Notes: generated by a model from the sequence alone, not told the origin. Counted from the stretch's first letter, positions 10,772 to 21,492 are shown. The stretch: 64,000 nt of DNA from an uncultured Thermodesulfobacteriota bacterium (GCA_964478545.1 CAYZIS010000003.1:65941-129940), one strand, 5' to 3'. Translations and numbers: made by a program.

Positions 10772-10801
10772 AGATAAGTTGATAGAAATATTTTTCAGAT
10801 T

Positions 10802-11608
10802 ATGGTAGATTTTTTTTATAATCTTCGCTGGCAGGATATCGTTGATATCCTGGTTGTTACCTTCCTGGTCTATCATGTTCTGGTTATCATCCGCGGTACG
10901 CGTGCCTTCCAGATTCTCCTGGGACTCTTCCTCGTTTTCATCATTCATGAAGTCTCTCTTTACTGGAGATTTTATACCATCAACTGGATTCTCAACGGTT
11001 TTCTTAGTTCAATCATCCTGATCATTATCGTTTTATTTCAAAATGAAATCCGGCAGGCTCTGGCAAAATTTGGTAAAACATCTTTTGCTATCAACCCCTC
11101 GGAAGAACATCAATATCTGGATGAAATAGTCAAGGCCTGCGCCACCATGTCATTAAAACGGATTGGCGCCCTGGTTGTTTTTGCCCGGGAAAATATGATG
11201 CCCAATGTTATTGAGGCGGGGGTACAACTCAATGCGGATGTCACTGATGACCTGCTGCTCAGTATTTTTAACACTGCATCGCCACTTCATGACGGCGCTG
11301 TTATTATCATGGAAGGTCGGGTTCTTGCCGCCGGTTGTTTTCTCCCCCTGACGACCAACCCCAATGTAGACAAAAAATATGGGACCCGCCACCGGGCGGC
11401 TATCGGCATCACCGAAGATACTGATTCGGTTGTCGTGGTCGTGTCAGAAGAAACCGGTAATATTTCGTTGGCCATGGGCGGGAAGCTTACCAGGAACCAG
11501 GATATTGAATCATTAAATAAGGTGTTGAAGAAAATATTTCTGCCCGATAAAAAGAAAAAAAGCGGTTTAACCCTGGAATCACTGCGGGAACTATTACGTA
11601 TCAGGTAA
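10802..11608 (+). CDS. cdaA: diadenylate cyclase CdaA
   Basis: 268 aa. N-terminal TM helices and a DAC domain with DGA and RHRAA motifs (TRHRAAIGITE). Confidence 0.85.
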   Translation: MVDFFYNLRWQDIVDILVVTFLVYHVLVIIRGTRAFQILLGLFLVFIIHEVSLYWRFYTINWILNGFLSSIILIIIVLFQNEIRQALAKFGKTSFAINPSEEHQYLDEIVKACATMSLKRIGALVVFARENMMPNVIEAGVQLNADVTDDLLLSIFNTASPLHDGAVIIMEGRVLAAGCFLPLTTNPNVDKKYGTRHRAAIGITEDTDSVVVVVSEETGNISLAMGGKLTRNQDIESLNKVLKKIFLPDKKKKSGLTLESLRELLRIR

Positions 11609-11624
11609 TCCCTTAAGGCCGGAC

Positions 11625-12584
11625 ATGCTTAAAATTCAGTCTTTATTATTCAGCAATTTTTATTTGAAAATTCTTTCGGTTATCATTGCCATAATGTTAT
11701 GGTTTTTTGTCATTGGTAAGAGTAAAAACGAAATGGGCATTGATGCCCCCCTCGAATTTACAGGAATTCCCCAGGATGTCACCATTGTCAACAATATTCC
11801 CACTGCCATCCATGTCCGCCTGAAAGGTTCATCTACCCTGTTACGACCGCTGACAGAGAAAAGGCCACTTTTCAATATTGACCTGTCAAATGCTAAAATG
11901 GGTGAAAACGTCATCCTGTTGGAGAAAAAAGATTTAAAGAATATTCCCCTGGGGGTTGAAGTCATTGATATTTCTCCCGTTGCCATTACCGTTATTCTGG
12001 ACAGACTTATTGAAAGACACCTGCCAGTGGCAGTGAAAACCACCGGAACCCCGCCCCGCGGATATCAGTTATCGGAAACAAAGATTGAACCTGAAAGTGT
12101 GTTGGCCAGGGGTACAAAAAGCTATTTGCAGGAAATTGACACGATTTTCACCAATCCCGTCAACCTGAACACGATCAAAAGTAATACAACCAGAGAGGTA
12201 ACACTCGCTTTTGATCCTAAAAGACTGAAATTTATTGAGCCCGTGACCGTTAAAGTTTTTATCAGCGTCAGCGAGGAACGTACTCAGCGAAGCATTAAGG
12301 GAATCCGGATAAACTTCATCAATAAACCGTCAACCATCGAACGGATCAGCTATAGTAATTATTTTGTTGACTTGCTGGTCAACTCTCCCCAGAACATGCT
12401 GGTTGATGAGATCCGCCATGATACCAAGGTGGTGGTTGATCTTGCGGCCTTGAATACTGTTCCCCAGGAAAACACTGCTACGTTGCCCATTGAGGTAAAC
12501 TTGCCCGACGAGGTGAAACTGATCTGGGCCGATCCTCCTCAGGTTGAAGTTGTTTTTAACCGTATAGTTAAAGAAGGAAAATAG
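11625..12584 (+). CDS. cdaR: CdaA regulatory protein CdaR (YbbR-like)
   Basis: 319 aa. N-terminal TM helix followed by repeated YbbR-like beta domains. Sits between cdaA and glmM, as in the conserved cdaA-cdaR-glmM operon. Confidence 0.7.
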   Translation: MLKIQSLLFSNFYLKILSVIIAIMLWFFVIGKSKNEMGIDAPLEFTGIPQDVTIVNNIPTAIHVRLKGSSTLLRPLTEKRPLFNIDLSNAKMGENVILLEKKDLKNIPLGVEVIDISPVAITVILDRLIERHLPVAVKTTGTPPRGYQLSETKIEPESVLARGTKSYLQEIDTIFTNPVNLNTIKSNTTREVTLAFDPKRLKFIEPVTVKVFISVSEERTQRSIKGIRINFINKPSTIERISYSNYFVDLLVNSPQNMLVDEIRHDTKVVVDLAALNTVPQENTATLPIEVNLPDEVKLIWADPPQVEVVFNRIVKEGK

Positions 12585-13946
12585 ATGAAGAAACTTTTTG
12601 GCACTGACGGGGTCAGAGGAATCGCCAATATGTATCCGATGACCGCGGAAATGGCCCTGCAAATTGGCCGAGCTACGGCCTATATCTGTAAGGAAAAAAC
12701 ACATCGACATCGTATTGTCATCGGCAAGGATACCCGATTGTCCGGATATATGCTTGAAAGTGCCCTGGTATCAGGGATTTGCTCCATGGGCGTTGATGTC
12801 CTGATTGTCGGCCCCATGCCCACTCCGGGGATTGCTTTTCTGACCCGCAGTATGAGGGCCGATGCCGGAATGGTAATCTCCGCCTCCCATAATCCTTTTC
12901 AGGATAATGGGATCAAGATTTTTTCCCGTGACGGTTTCAAGCTACCTGATCAAACGGAAGAAACTATTGAAAAACTAATTTTAAATAATACCATCAAGGA
13001 TCTGCGCCCAACGGCAGATGAAGTGGGGAAGGCATTCAGGATTGATGATGCCATCGGTCGTTATATTGTCTTTCTAAAAAACACTTTTCCGACAGAACTG
13101 GATCTTGAAGGCCTGAAGCTGGTTATTGATTGTGCCAATGGAGCTGCGTATAAAATTGCCCCGGCTGTTTTTGAGGAACTGGGAGCTTCGGTTACGACTA
13201 TCGGCATCAGCCCTAACGGTAAAAACATTAACGCTGATTGTGGTTCTTTGCATCCGGAACGTTTAAAAGAGGAAGTTCTCAAAACCGGGGCCAACCTGGG
13301 AATCGCGTTTGACGGTGATGCCGACCGGGTAATATTTGTGGATGAGACAGGCGCTGAAATTAACGGCGACCAGATCATGGCCATCTGCGCCCTGGAAATG
13401 GCCCGTCAAAACAAATTGGCAAAAAACACCGTGGTAGCAACCGTGATGAGCAATATGGGGTTGGAAAAAGCCCTGGAACCCCAGGGAATAAAAGTGGTCA
13501 GAACCCAGGTGGGTGACCGCTACGTCGTTGAAGAAATGCGCCGGCAGGGCTATAATTTTGGCGGTGAACAATCCGGCCACCTGATTTTCATGGATCACAA
13601 TACCACTGGAGACGGGATACTTTCAGCCTTGCAATTATTAGCAGTGCTGGTTCAAACGGGTAAACCTCTATCAGAATTGGCCGAAGTAATGGTTACCTAT
13701 CCCCAGCTTTTAAAAAATATTCCGGTGAAAAACAAACCGCCCCTGGAACAGGTGCCTGTTCTCCATCAGCGAATTAATGAAATTGAGCTGGAGATCCAGG
13801 GTCACGGCCGGTTGCTGGTTCGCTATTCCGGCACCGAAAATAAATTGCGGGTGATGATGGAGGGGGAAAGCATTGAACTGATTACCGGTCATGTAGACGA
13901 ATTGGCCGAACTGGTTCGGCAAAATCTTGGTCAGGAGGAAGCATAA
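12585..13946 (+). CDS. glmM: phosphoglucosamine mutase
   Basis: 453 aa. Phosphohexomutase active site SASHNP and GDGDADR. Confidence 0.9.
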   Translation: MKKLFGTDGVRGIANMYPMTAEMALQIGRATAYICKEKTHRHRIVIGKDTRLSGYMLESALVSGICSMGVDVLIVGPMPTPGIAFLTRSMRADAGMVISASHNPFQDNGIKIFSRDGFKLPDQTEETIEKLILNNTIKDLRPTADEVGKAFRIDDAIGRYIVFLKNTFPTELDLEGLKLVIDCANGAAYKIAPAVFEELGASVTTIGISPNGKNINADCGSLHPERLKEEVLKTGANLGIAFDGDADRVIFVDETGAEINGDQIMAICALEMARQNKLAKNTVVATVMSNMGLEKALEPQGIKVVRTQVGDRYVVEEMRRQGYNFGGEQSGHLIFMDHNTTGDGILSALQLLAVLVQTGKPLSELAEVMVTYPQLLKNIPVKNKPPLEQVPVLHQRINEIELEIQGHGRLLVRYSGTENKLRVMMEGESIELITGHVDELAELVRQNLGQEEA

Positions 13947-13951
13947 TCATC

Positions 13952-14665
13952 ATGGTTAAACTGGGGATAAATATTGATCATGTGGCAACCATACGCCAGG
14001 CCCGGGGTATCAGCGAACCCGATCCGGTTGCCGCTGCCGTTTTGGCGGAGTTGGCCGGTGCGGATGGAATCACCATTCACCTGCGCGAAGACCGGCGTCA
14101 TATCCAGGACCGTGATGTCTTCTTGCTGCGACAGATAATAAAAACAAGGATGAACCTGGAAATGGCCCTGGCTCCGGAAATTATCGCCATTGCTGAAGAA
14201 GTCAAACCCGAGAGCGTCACTCTGGTACCGGAAAAACGGGAAGAGCTGACCACCGAGGGTGGTCTTGATGTCATCGGTCAACAAAGCATGGTGGAAAATG
14301 CTGTCCGCCGTTTTCATGATCGCGATATTATCGTCAGCCTGTTCATTGATCCTGATCCAGATCAGGTTAATGTCTCCAGCCAGGTTGGGGCTGATTTTAT
14401 CGAGATTCACACCGGACGTTATTGCAATGCCGAAACAGCCAGTGAACGGGAACAGGAATTTAAAAATATCGAAACTGCCTGTGTTCTGGCTCGCAATTTC
14501 AATCTCGGGGTAAATGCGGGACATGGTTTGAATTATCGTAATGTTCAACCGATTGCCACTATTCCCGGTATTTATGAGCTGAATATCGGCCATAGTATTA
14601 TTGGCCGGGCAGTTCTGGTAGGATTGGAGAGAGCGGTTCGGGAAATGAAAGCCCTGCTGACCTGA
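13952..14665 (+). CDS. pdxJ: pyridoxine 5'-phosphate synthase
   Basis: 237 aa. N-terminal [16 protein letters not shown] is typical of PdxJ. Confidence 0.9.
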   Translation: MVKLGINIDHVATIRQARGISEPDPVAAAVLAELAGADGITIHLREDRRHIQDRDVFLLRQIIKTRMNLEMALAPEIIAIAEEVKPESVTLVPEKREELTTEGGLDVIGQQSMVENAVRRFHDRDIIVSLFIDPDPDQVNVSSQVGADFIEIHTGRYCNAETASEREQEFKNIETACVLARNFNLGVNAGHGLNYRNVQPIATIPGIYELNIGHSIIGRAVLVGLERAVREMKALLT

Positions 14666-14670
14666 AAAAA

Positions 14671-15060
14671 ATGACCTCCATTAAAGGTATAGGCACTGAT
14701 ATTGTTAAAATCAGCCGCGTTGAAGAACTGATTTCCCGTTACAAAGATCGTTTTTTAAAGCGGCTTTTTTTACCGGAGGAGATCAAGTATTGCCAACCGA
14801 AAAAGTGTCCTGCCATCCATTTTGCCGCCCGCTTTGCCGCCAAGGAAGCCATGCTGAAAGCCTTGGGGACCGGCCTCAGCCAAGGAATAAGCTGGAAGGA
14901 TATAGAAGTCTGCCGTCAACCCGGTACCGCACCTGAGTTTTCCTTTACTGGCCGGGTGGCTGAATTATGTCGGGAGCGGGGGATTACCGGCAGCCAGATC
15001 AGCCTCAGCCATGAGCAGGAGTTTGCCCTTGCCTTTGTAATTATTACTGGAGATCCATGA
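14671..15060 (+). CDS. acpS: holo-[acyl-carrier-protein] synthase
   Basis: 129 aa. GxDIV N-terminus and 4'-phosphopantetheinyl transferase fold (FAAKEAMLKALGTG). Confidence 0.85.
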   Translation: MTSIKGIGTDIVKISRVEELISRYKDRFLKRLFLPEEIKYCQPKKCPAIHFAARFAAKEAMLKALGTGLSQGISWKDIEVCRQPGTAPEFSFTGRVAELCRERGITGSQISLSHEQEFALAFVIITGDP

Positions 15061-16628
15061 TGAAATTAGTTACCGCCAGACAGATGCGTGAGCTTGACGC
15101 CAGAACCATTAATGAAGTGGGAGTACCCGGCGTGGTGCTGATGGAACTGGCCGGACAGAGTGCGTTTAAATATCTCGAAGAACAAAACTGGTTGCCTTCA
15201 AAAAACCATCCTGTTTTAATTCTCGCCGGCAAAGGCAATAATGGTGGAGATGCCTTGGTGGTGGCCCGCTGGCTGCGGCTGGCTGGCTATACAAACATTA
15301 TGGTTGTCCTGTTGGCCGAAGCGACCTTGATAGGTGGAAATGCCAGGACCAATCTGGAGTGCTATCAGAACTTGGGTGGATTAGTCACTGAAGTTACCAC
15401 TATTGATGCCTGGAAAAGTTTTTGCCGGGAGCCGGAACAATTTAGCCTGATTATTGACGGAATTCTCGGTACCGGTCTTAAGAGTGAACTCCGGGGTTTG
15501 TATGCGGCGGTTATTGCCATGGTCAACAATAAGTTGGGCGAGCATGTCCTGGCTCTGGATATTCCCTCGGGCCTTCATGCCGACCGGGGAGTGCCATTGG
15601 GGGATGCGGTCAAAGCCGATGCCACCGTAACTTTTGGCTATGGAAAAACCGGTCTCTTTGTCTATCCCGGGAAAGAATATGCCGGGGAAATTAAAATTAT
15701 CGATATTGGTATTCCAGCGTTCTTTCTTGATTCTCTGAAGACCACGCAGCTGCTTACTGCTACCGCCTGCCGAAAATTGCTGCCAGCGCCACCGGCGTTA
15801 AACAGCCACAAGGGAAATCGAGGTCATCTCCTGACTATTGCCGGTTCCCGGGGGAAATCCGGGGCTGCACTTTATGCCGCCTATAGCGCTTTGAAAACTG
15901 GTTGCGGTCTCTCAACCTTAGCCACCCCATTATTCCTGGCTGCCAGCATAGAAGGCCGAATTCCGGAATTAATGATGACGCCCATAGCCGATGATGGTCA
16001 AGGACGGGTAGGGGAGATGAACCTCTCCGACATCGAGAAAATCTGCTTGGGAAAACAGGCTATTGCCGTTGGTCCCGGGCTAGGCACCCAGACCGAAGCC
16101 CGTGAATTAATTATTAAACTTCTGAAAAATATTCCCATTCCCATGGTTCTTGATGCGGATGCCCTTACGGTTTTAGCTCTAAACCTGGAAGTACTGGCAC
16201 AAAGAAAAGCTGCAGTTATTCTCACTCCACACCCGGGAGAGATGTCCAGACTGCTGAAGATCCCCACCCGGGAAGTCCAGCAAAATCGCCTCGAACTGGC
16301 CCGTGATTTTGCCTGCCAGCATAATGTTTACCTGGTTCTCAAAGGAGCCGGAACCATCATTGCCGCCCCGGATGGCAACACCGCCATTAACAGCAGTGGC
16401 AATCAATACCTGGCAACCGCTGGATCCGGTGATATCTTAACCGGCATTATCGGCAGCTTTCTGTCCCAGGGATTATCTCCCCTGTCAGCCTGCCATCTGG
16501 GAGTCTATGTTCATGGCCTGACCGCTGATATGCTGGCTAAAGCTGGGAACAACCATGGCATAACCGCAGGCGATCTGCTCCGAACCATCCCCCAGGCATT
16601 AACAGCAATAGAGAAAAACGTCTGCTGA
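15057..16628 (+). CDS. nnr: bifunctional NAD(P)H-hydrate epimerase / ADP-dependent dehydratase Nnr
   Basis: 523 aa. YjeF-N domain (GKGNNGGDALV) plus YjeF-C carbohydrate-kinase domain (GSGDILTG). Confidence 0.85.
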   Translation: MMKLVTARQMRELDARTINEVGVPGVVLMELAGQSAFKYLEEQNWLPSKNHPVLILAGKGNNGGDALVVARWLRLAGYTNIMVVLLAEATLIGGNARTNLECYQNLGGLVTEVTTIDAWKSFCREPEQFSLIIDGILGTGLKSELRGLYAAVIAMVNNKLGEHVLALDIPSGLHADRGVPLGDAVKADATVTFGYGKTGLFVYPGKEYAGEIKIIDIGIPAFFLDSLKTTQLLTATACRKLLPAPPALNSHKGNRGHLLTIAGSRGKSGAALYAAYSALKTGCGLSTLATPLFLAASIEGRIPELMMTPIADDGQGRVGEMNLSDIEKICLGKQAIAVGPGLGTQTEARELIIKLLKNIPIPMVLDADALTVLALNLEVLAQRKAAVILTPHPGEMSRLLKIPTREVQQNRLELARDFACQHNVYLVLKGAGTIIAAPDGNTAINSSGNQYLATAGSGDILTGIIGSFLSQGLSPLSACHLGVYVHGLTADMLAKAGNNHGITAGDLLRTIPQALTAIEKNVC

Positions 16629-16759
16629 TATGTGTCAGGGCCTGATTTTCACCATAGTTAGGAACACTCCTGCACCATTTGACTAATCTGGTTTTGCTGA
16701 TACACTATAAGGAAGAGGAGTTATTTGTAAGCCAGTGATCATGGAGAAAGGGGGATCCT

Positions 16760-17306
16760 ATGTCTGTGGGTAAATTCTGCAATCGTGAAGTGGTGATCGT
16801 TGAAACTACGGCAACAATCATTGAAACAGCCCAAATCATGCGCCATCACCATGTTGGCAATTTGGTCGTTGTTGATCAACGCAGCGACAAACCGGAACCC
16901 ATCGGCATTGTCACTGACCGGGATATTGTCATTTCCGTCATTGCAGCACAGGTGGATATGTCATCTTTAACTGTCGGCGATCTCATGAGCGGTGAACTGA
17001 TTACCGCCGAAGAGAATGATGGGTTTCCAGCGGATGCGTGGAGGAGGAATAAGACGGTTGCCGGTGGTGGATGCCGCCGGAGCATTGGTTGGAATTATCA
17101 CCGTTGATGAGATTCTGAAACTGCTCCACAAAAGCAACGAAAGGATTGTTCTGAATCTGAAATTGCCTAAGGTAAATAGGCGGGAGGAGCGTTTATGCAA
17201 GTACCATTGCAGATTAGTTTTCGCAACATGGATCCATCAGCGACCGTTGAGGCCGCGATCAGAGAAAGAGCGGGTAAAATGGATCAGTGGCATGATCAGA
17301 TCATGA
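16760..17306 (+). pseudogene. CBS-pair domain protein with internal frameshift
   Basis: The first CBS domain is in the 16760..17107 frame. The second CBS domain (GIRRLPVVDAAGALVGIITVDEIL) is in the overlapping 17016..17306 frame. The frames switch near 17020. Confidence 0.45.
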
Positions 17307-17761
17307 GTTGTCAGGTCATGGTTGAGGCGCCGCATAAACACCATGAAAAAGGGAAACTATACCATGTGCGGATTGATGTTACTCTGCCTGGCGCTGAACT
17401 GGTGGTTAACCGGGAGCCTGACCTTCACCAGGCCCACCAGGATGTCTATGTAGCAGTGCGCGATGCGTTTCTGGCCATGCAGCGGCAACTGGAAAATTAT
17501 GTTAACCGGCGACGGGGAGAGGTAAAAACCCATGAGGTTTCACCTCATGGCCGGGTATCGCAGTTATTCCCCGACCAAGGGTACGGCATCATAGAAACGG
17601 CTGATGGACGGGAAGTGTATTTTCACGAACACAGTGTGTTAAACCTGGATTTCAAGAAAATCGAAATTGGTGCTGAAGTCAGGTTTAGTGAAGAGCAGGG
17701 CGATCAAGGACCTCAGGCCAGCAGCGTGAGTGTGGTGGGCAAATATCATATTGTCGGCTAG
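17195..17761 (+). CDS. ribosome hibernation factor (HPF/RaiA) fused to a C-terminal cold-shock domain
   Basis: The N-terminal ~115 aa match the HPF/YfiA fold (ISFRNMDPSATVEAAIRERAGKM ... YHVRIDVTLPG ... VYVAVRDAF). The C-terminal ~65 aa are a cold-shock domain (GRVSQLFPDQGYGIIETADGREVYFHEHSV ... GPQASSV). RBS ggagg lies 7 nt upstream. Confidence 0.7.
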   Translation: MQVPLQISFRNMDPSATVEAAIRERAGKMDQWHDQIMSCQVMVEAPHKHHEKGKLYHVRIDVTLPGAELVVNREPDLHQAHQDVYVAVRDAFLAMQRQLENYVNRRRGEVKTHEVSPHGRVSQLFPDQGYGIIETADGREVYFHEHSVLNLDFKKIEIGAEVRFSEEQGDQGPQASSVSVVGKYHIVG

Positions 17762-18052
17762 CAGCCGACAAGGGTAAAAATACTTTAGCTAAGTTGTTTT
17801 TTCCTCTGTTCACGGATGCCGATGATAAAATAGGAGGTCAAAACCAAAAACACAATAAATGCCGGTCCAAGCTTGAAACCTGTTTGAATGATTTCCATAT
17901 TAACTCCTTTCAAAAATAATATAATACAAGGAATTACGATGGGATGCAAGGTAAATTGTTCCTGGTGTTGGCGGTTGACGATCATCCTGACCGGAGTGCT
18001 GGTGATCGGCTGGCTGCAGCCGATTGAGGCGGCTAACCTTGGAGGTGAGCTT

Positions 18053-18505
18053 ATGGAATTGAAAAGTACTGCATTTGCTCAAGGTGGCAAAATCCCCGGC
18101 CGCTATACATGTGACGGTCAAGATATCTCTCCCCCTCTGGAGTGGGGGGCTGTGCCGACCGGGACCGAAAGCCTGGCCATTATCTGTGATGACCCGGATG
18201 CTCCGGTGGGAACCTGGGTTCACTGGATATACTATGATATCCCTGCCGGAGTGACGCGGTTGCCGGAGCAGATCCGCGCCGAGGAGCGGCCGGCAACCGG
18301 GGGGCTCCAGGGAATCAATGATTTTCGTCAGGTTGGCTATGGTGGACCCTGCCCCCCGGGAGGGACACACCGCTACTATTTCAAAATTTTTGCCTTGGAT
18401 GCCATGCTCAATCTACCGGTGGAAACCACTAAACCCCAATTGCTCAAAGTGATGAACGGGCATATTCTGGGCCAAGCTGAATTGATGGGGGTATATCATA
18501 GGTAA
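18053..18505 (+). CDS. YbhB/YbcL-family PEBP (Raf kinase inhibitor-like) protein
   Basis: PEBP motifs DPDAP and GGTHRYYFKIFALD. Start placed at MELKSTAFAQGGKIP, with RBS ggaggtgag 6 nt upstream. The longer ORF from 17888 adds a possible TM segment. Confidence 0.7.
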   Translation: MELKSTAFAQGGKIPGRYTCDGQDISPPLEWGAVPTGTESLAIICDDPDAPVGTWVHWIYYDIPAGVTRLPEQIRAEERPATGGLQGINDFRQVGYGGPCPPGGTHRYYFKIFALDAMLNLPVETTKPQLLKVMNGHILGQAELMGVYHR

Positions 18506-18606
18506 ATGGGGGCAGCTTGACCGACGGTTGCCAGTGACGGTTTAGGGGAAAACAGATGTTTATCGTTCATCTTTTCAGATAATAATCTGGTTTATCGGAA
18601 GAACTC

Positions 18607-20331
18607 ATGGATGTTGCCCACCTAATTGCCCTGGCTCGGGGGGATGAAAAAGTTGATCTGGTATTGACCAACCTGCATCTCATCGAGGTTGTTTCAGGCG
18701 AAATTTTTCCTACCGAAATTGCCATTGCCGAAAACATGATTGTTGGTATCGGACCCGGTTATCGAGGCCATGACGCCATTGATCTTCAAGGTCGTTTTGT
18801 TTGTCCCGGTTTCATTGATGCCCATGTGCATGTGGAAAGCTCCATGGTGCATCCCCGCGAGTTTGCCCGTGCCGTGGTTCCCCATGGAGTGACCTCGGTG
18901 GTGAGTAATCCCCATGAGATTGCCAATGTTCTTGGTCTCGCCGGAATTTATTTTATGATTGCCGATGGCAAAAATGCTCCTCTAGAAATCTATATCACTG
19001 TTCCGGCTTGTGTTCCGGCAACACATCTGGCAACCTCGGGAGCCAGGTTGTCACTGGCAAAGATCAAACAGCTACGTACAGAACCACAGGTGATCGGGCT
19101 TGGAGAAGTGATGGACATGCAGGGGGTGGTTTCCGGTGATCAGCGGGTGCTGGCTGAACTGAATGTTTTTCGGGGGGAGAAGATTGATGGCCACTGTCCG
19201 GGACTGCGGGGTCAGGCACTGAACGCCTATATTGCCCCCGGCATCTCCTCCGATCACGAATGTACCACGATTGAGGAGGCTCAGGAAAAACTACGAGCCG
19301 GGATGAGCATATTTATCCGCGAGGGAAGTGCGGCCCGTAATCTCCAGGCCCTGGTTCCGATGATTACCCCGGAAAATGAGCGCTGGCTTTCTTTTTGTAC
19401 TGATGATCGACAGCCTGTCGACCTGCTGGATGAGGGATCCATTGACCACTTAGTGCGCCAGGCAATAGGAGAAGGAATATCGCCGATGACGGCGATTCGA
19501 ATGGCCACCGTAAATCCAGCAGTACACTTCCGTTTGGACGACCGGGGCGTTGTTGCCCCTAGTCGTCGGGCTGATCTGATAGTCTTCAGCGACTTGCAGA
19601 TGGTAGAACCGGAGCTGGTGTTTCAGAATGGAGTGCTGCAGGCCCGTAATGGGGCTTTGTTGCCAGCCGGCCTGGGCTCAGAGATAGTGGAAACAGAGCG
19701 ACAGGTGCGGGACACGGTGCATGTGGATTGGTCCGGGATGGATTGGCGCATCCCCGTACAAGGGAAGCGGATGCGGGTCATTGGGGCCGTGCCTGACCAG
19801 CTGCTCACCGAGACACTGATTATGGCGCCGTCGATCAGCGATGGTCTGGCGGTTGCCGATCCGGGGAAAGATTTGTTGAAAATTGTGGTCATTGAGCGCC
19901 ACCATGCATCGGGCCGGGTTGGTCGGGGTTTTGTTCATGGCTTTGGTTTGAAAAAAGGAGCGATGGCCAGTACGGTGGCCCATGATCATCACAATCTTAT
20001 GGTAGTTGGTGTCGATGATCTGTCATTGGAGACGGCTGCCCGGGCAGTGGCCTCCAGCGGTGGCGGCCAGGCTGTCGCCGTTGGAGAACAAGTCCTTGCC
20101 TGCTTGCCATTGCCTCTTGCCGGACTGATGTCCGCTTCCCCGATCGAGGAGGTCCGCTTCCAAGTTGATTCATTGAACAATGAGGCTTGGAATCTGGGAT
20201 CGTCATTGCATGATCCATTTATGACTATGAGTTTTCTCGGACTCGAGGTTATCCCCTCACTCAAATTGACTGACCGTGGTCTGGTAGATGTGGAACACCA
20301 ATGTTTTGTTCCCCTGTTTACCGATTCCTGA
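18607..20331 (+). CDS. ade: adenine deaminase
   Basis: 574 aa. Amidohydrolase metal site FIDAHVHVES and overall adenine deaminase architecture. Confidence 0.85.
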   Translation: MDVAHLIALARGDEKVDLVLTNLHLIEVVSGEIFPTEIAIAENMIVGIGPGYRGHDAIDLQGRFVCPGFIDAHVHVESSMVHPREFARAVVPHGVTSVVSNPHEIANVLGLAGIYFMIADGKNAPLEIYITVPACVPATHLATSGARLSLAKIKQLRTEPQVIGLGEVMDMQGVVSGDQRVLAELNVFRGEKIDGHCPGLRGQALNAYIAPGISSDHECTTIEEAQEKLRAGMSIFIREGSAARNLQALVPMITPENERWLSFCTDDRQPVDLLDEGSIDHLVRQAIGEGISPMTAIRMATVNPAVHFRLDDRGVVAPSRRADLIVFSDLQMVEPELVFQNGVLQARNGALLPAGLGSEIVETERQVRDTVHVDWSGMDWRIPVQGKRMRVIGAVPDQLLTETLIMAPSISDGLAVADPGKDLLKIVVIERHHASGRVGRGFVHGFGLKKGAMASTVAHDHHNLMVVGVDDLSLETAARAVASSGGGQAVAVGEQVLACLPLPLAGLMSASPIEEVRFQVDSLNNEAWNLGSSLHDPFMTMSFLGLEVIPSLKLTDRGLVDVEHQCFVPLFTDS

Positions 20332-20365
20332 AAATCTGAAAACAGCCAGGAGAATGTTCCAGATG

Positions 20366-20986
20366 TCTTTGGTGTGTGAGCTGATAACCTGGAAAACGGT
20401 TCAACGACTGGCTCGTAGCCTGGCATTTAAACTTGTTGACGCTTCCTTCACTCCTGATATAATTGTCGCCATTGGCCGAGGAGGTTGTGTACCGGCGCGT
20501 ATTGTTGCCGATTATCTCCAGGTATTTCGGGTAACCTCAATCAAAATTGAACACTATACTATGGGTGCCCAGCGACAGCGGCAGGCCCGGATCAGGTATC
20601 CCCTGACCGTTGATGTTTCCGGGATGAATGTTCTTATTGTCGATGATGTCAATGACAGTGGCGATACTTTGATATTGGCTAAAGAACATATTGATTCGCA
20701 TGAGCCCAGAGAAATCCGGACGGCCGTTTTACATCATAAGATTGTCTCTCACTTCCAGCCTGATTTCGCCGCCCGGGGGATTGTCAAATGGCGCTGGCTC
20801 ATCTATCCGTGGGCGGTCATTGAAGATCTTACCGGTTTTATCATGCAGATGGAAAATCAACCGCTATCTCCGGTGAATATTGCCCAGCGACTTGAGCGCG
20901 ATTACCACATCACTGTTTCGCGGGAAATGTTACATGATGTGTTGGCGCTGATGTCTTGGCATCAAAACCATTCTCTCGACCAGTAA
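20366..20986 (+). CDS. purine phosphoribosyltransferase (type I PRTase)
   Basis: PRPP-binding motif VLIVDDVNDSGDTL. Start chosen at MSLVCEL (RBS aggaga 9 nt upstream), just downstream of the adenine deaminase stop. Confidence 0.65.
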   Translation, partial: SLVCELITWKTVQRLARSLAFKLVDASFTPDIIVAIGRGGCVPARIVADYLQVFRVTSIKIEHYTMGAQRQRQARIRYPLTVDVSGMNVLIVDDVNDSGDTLILAKEHIDSHEPREIRTAVLHHKIVSHFQPDFAARGIVKWRWLIYPWAVIEDLTGFIMQMENQPLSPVNIAQRLERDYHITVSREMLHDVLALMSWHQNHSLDQ

Positions 20987-21167
20987 AAGCTTTCCGATGT
21001 TGGGCCGCCACGGCGACCTGAGGAAGCTTATTACGAAACCGAGAAGTTTTCTGGTCTTGACTTGCGGAAAACACCTGGATGCTTTCCTCATTGACAACTC
21101 AAGGGGAAGATCATTATTATAGCGCTTGTTGGGAGCAAACAGTCAAAAACATTCAAGGGAAAGTTCA

Positions 21168-21491
21168 ATGAAACTCAATATTGATGATTTGTCAGAAAAA
21201 GAATTGCTTGATTTAAACCACCGAATTGTTGAAAGATTGAAGTTCCTGGATTCGATGCATGCTCATGCTGAAATGATGGAATTTAATATTGGTGAGAAAG
21301 TATCTTTCCATCTTTCCGGTAGAGATATACAAATTGGTGTTTTGGTTAAATACAATAAAAAAACTGTATCTGTAATCACTGAAGATGGAAGACGGTGGAA
21401 TGTTTCACCTCATTTATTATCAAAAGTTGAAGATGAAAAAGTGGCACAGGGGCAAAAGAGGAGGGTAACTGAATTCAAAAATCCTTCTTGA
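21168..21491 (+). CDS. hypothetical protein
   Basis: ~107 aa from MKLNIDDLSEKELL. Its stop is 1 nt before the next gene, suggesting translational coupling to the downstream GNAT. No domain recognised. Confidence 0.3.
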   Translation: MKLNIDDLSEKELLDLNHRIVERLKFLDSMHAHAEMMEFNIGEKVSFHLSGRDIQIGVLVKYNKKTVSVITEDGRRWNVSPHLLSKVEDEKVAQGQKRRVTEFKNPS

Positions 21492-21492
21492 A

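Noticed and set aside
17785-17985. 66-aa minus-strand ORF with a hydrophobic segment between the HPF-cold-shock-domain and PEBP genes
   Set aside because: Short, no RBS or homology. It overlaps the possible N-terminal extension of the PEBP gene on the other strand.
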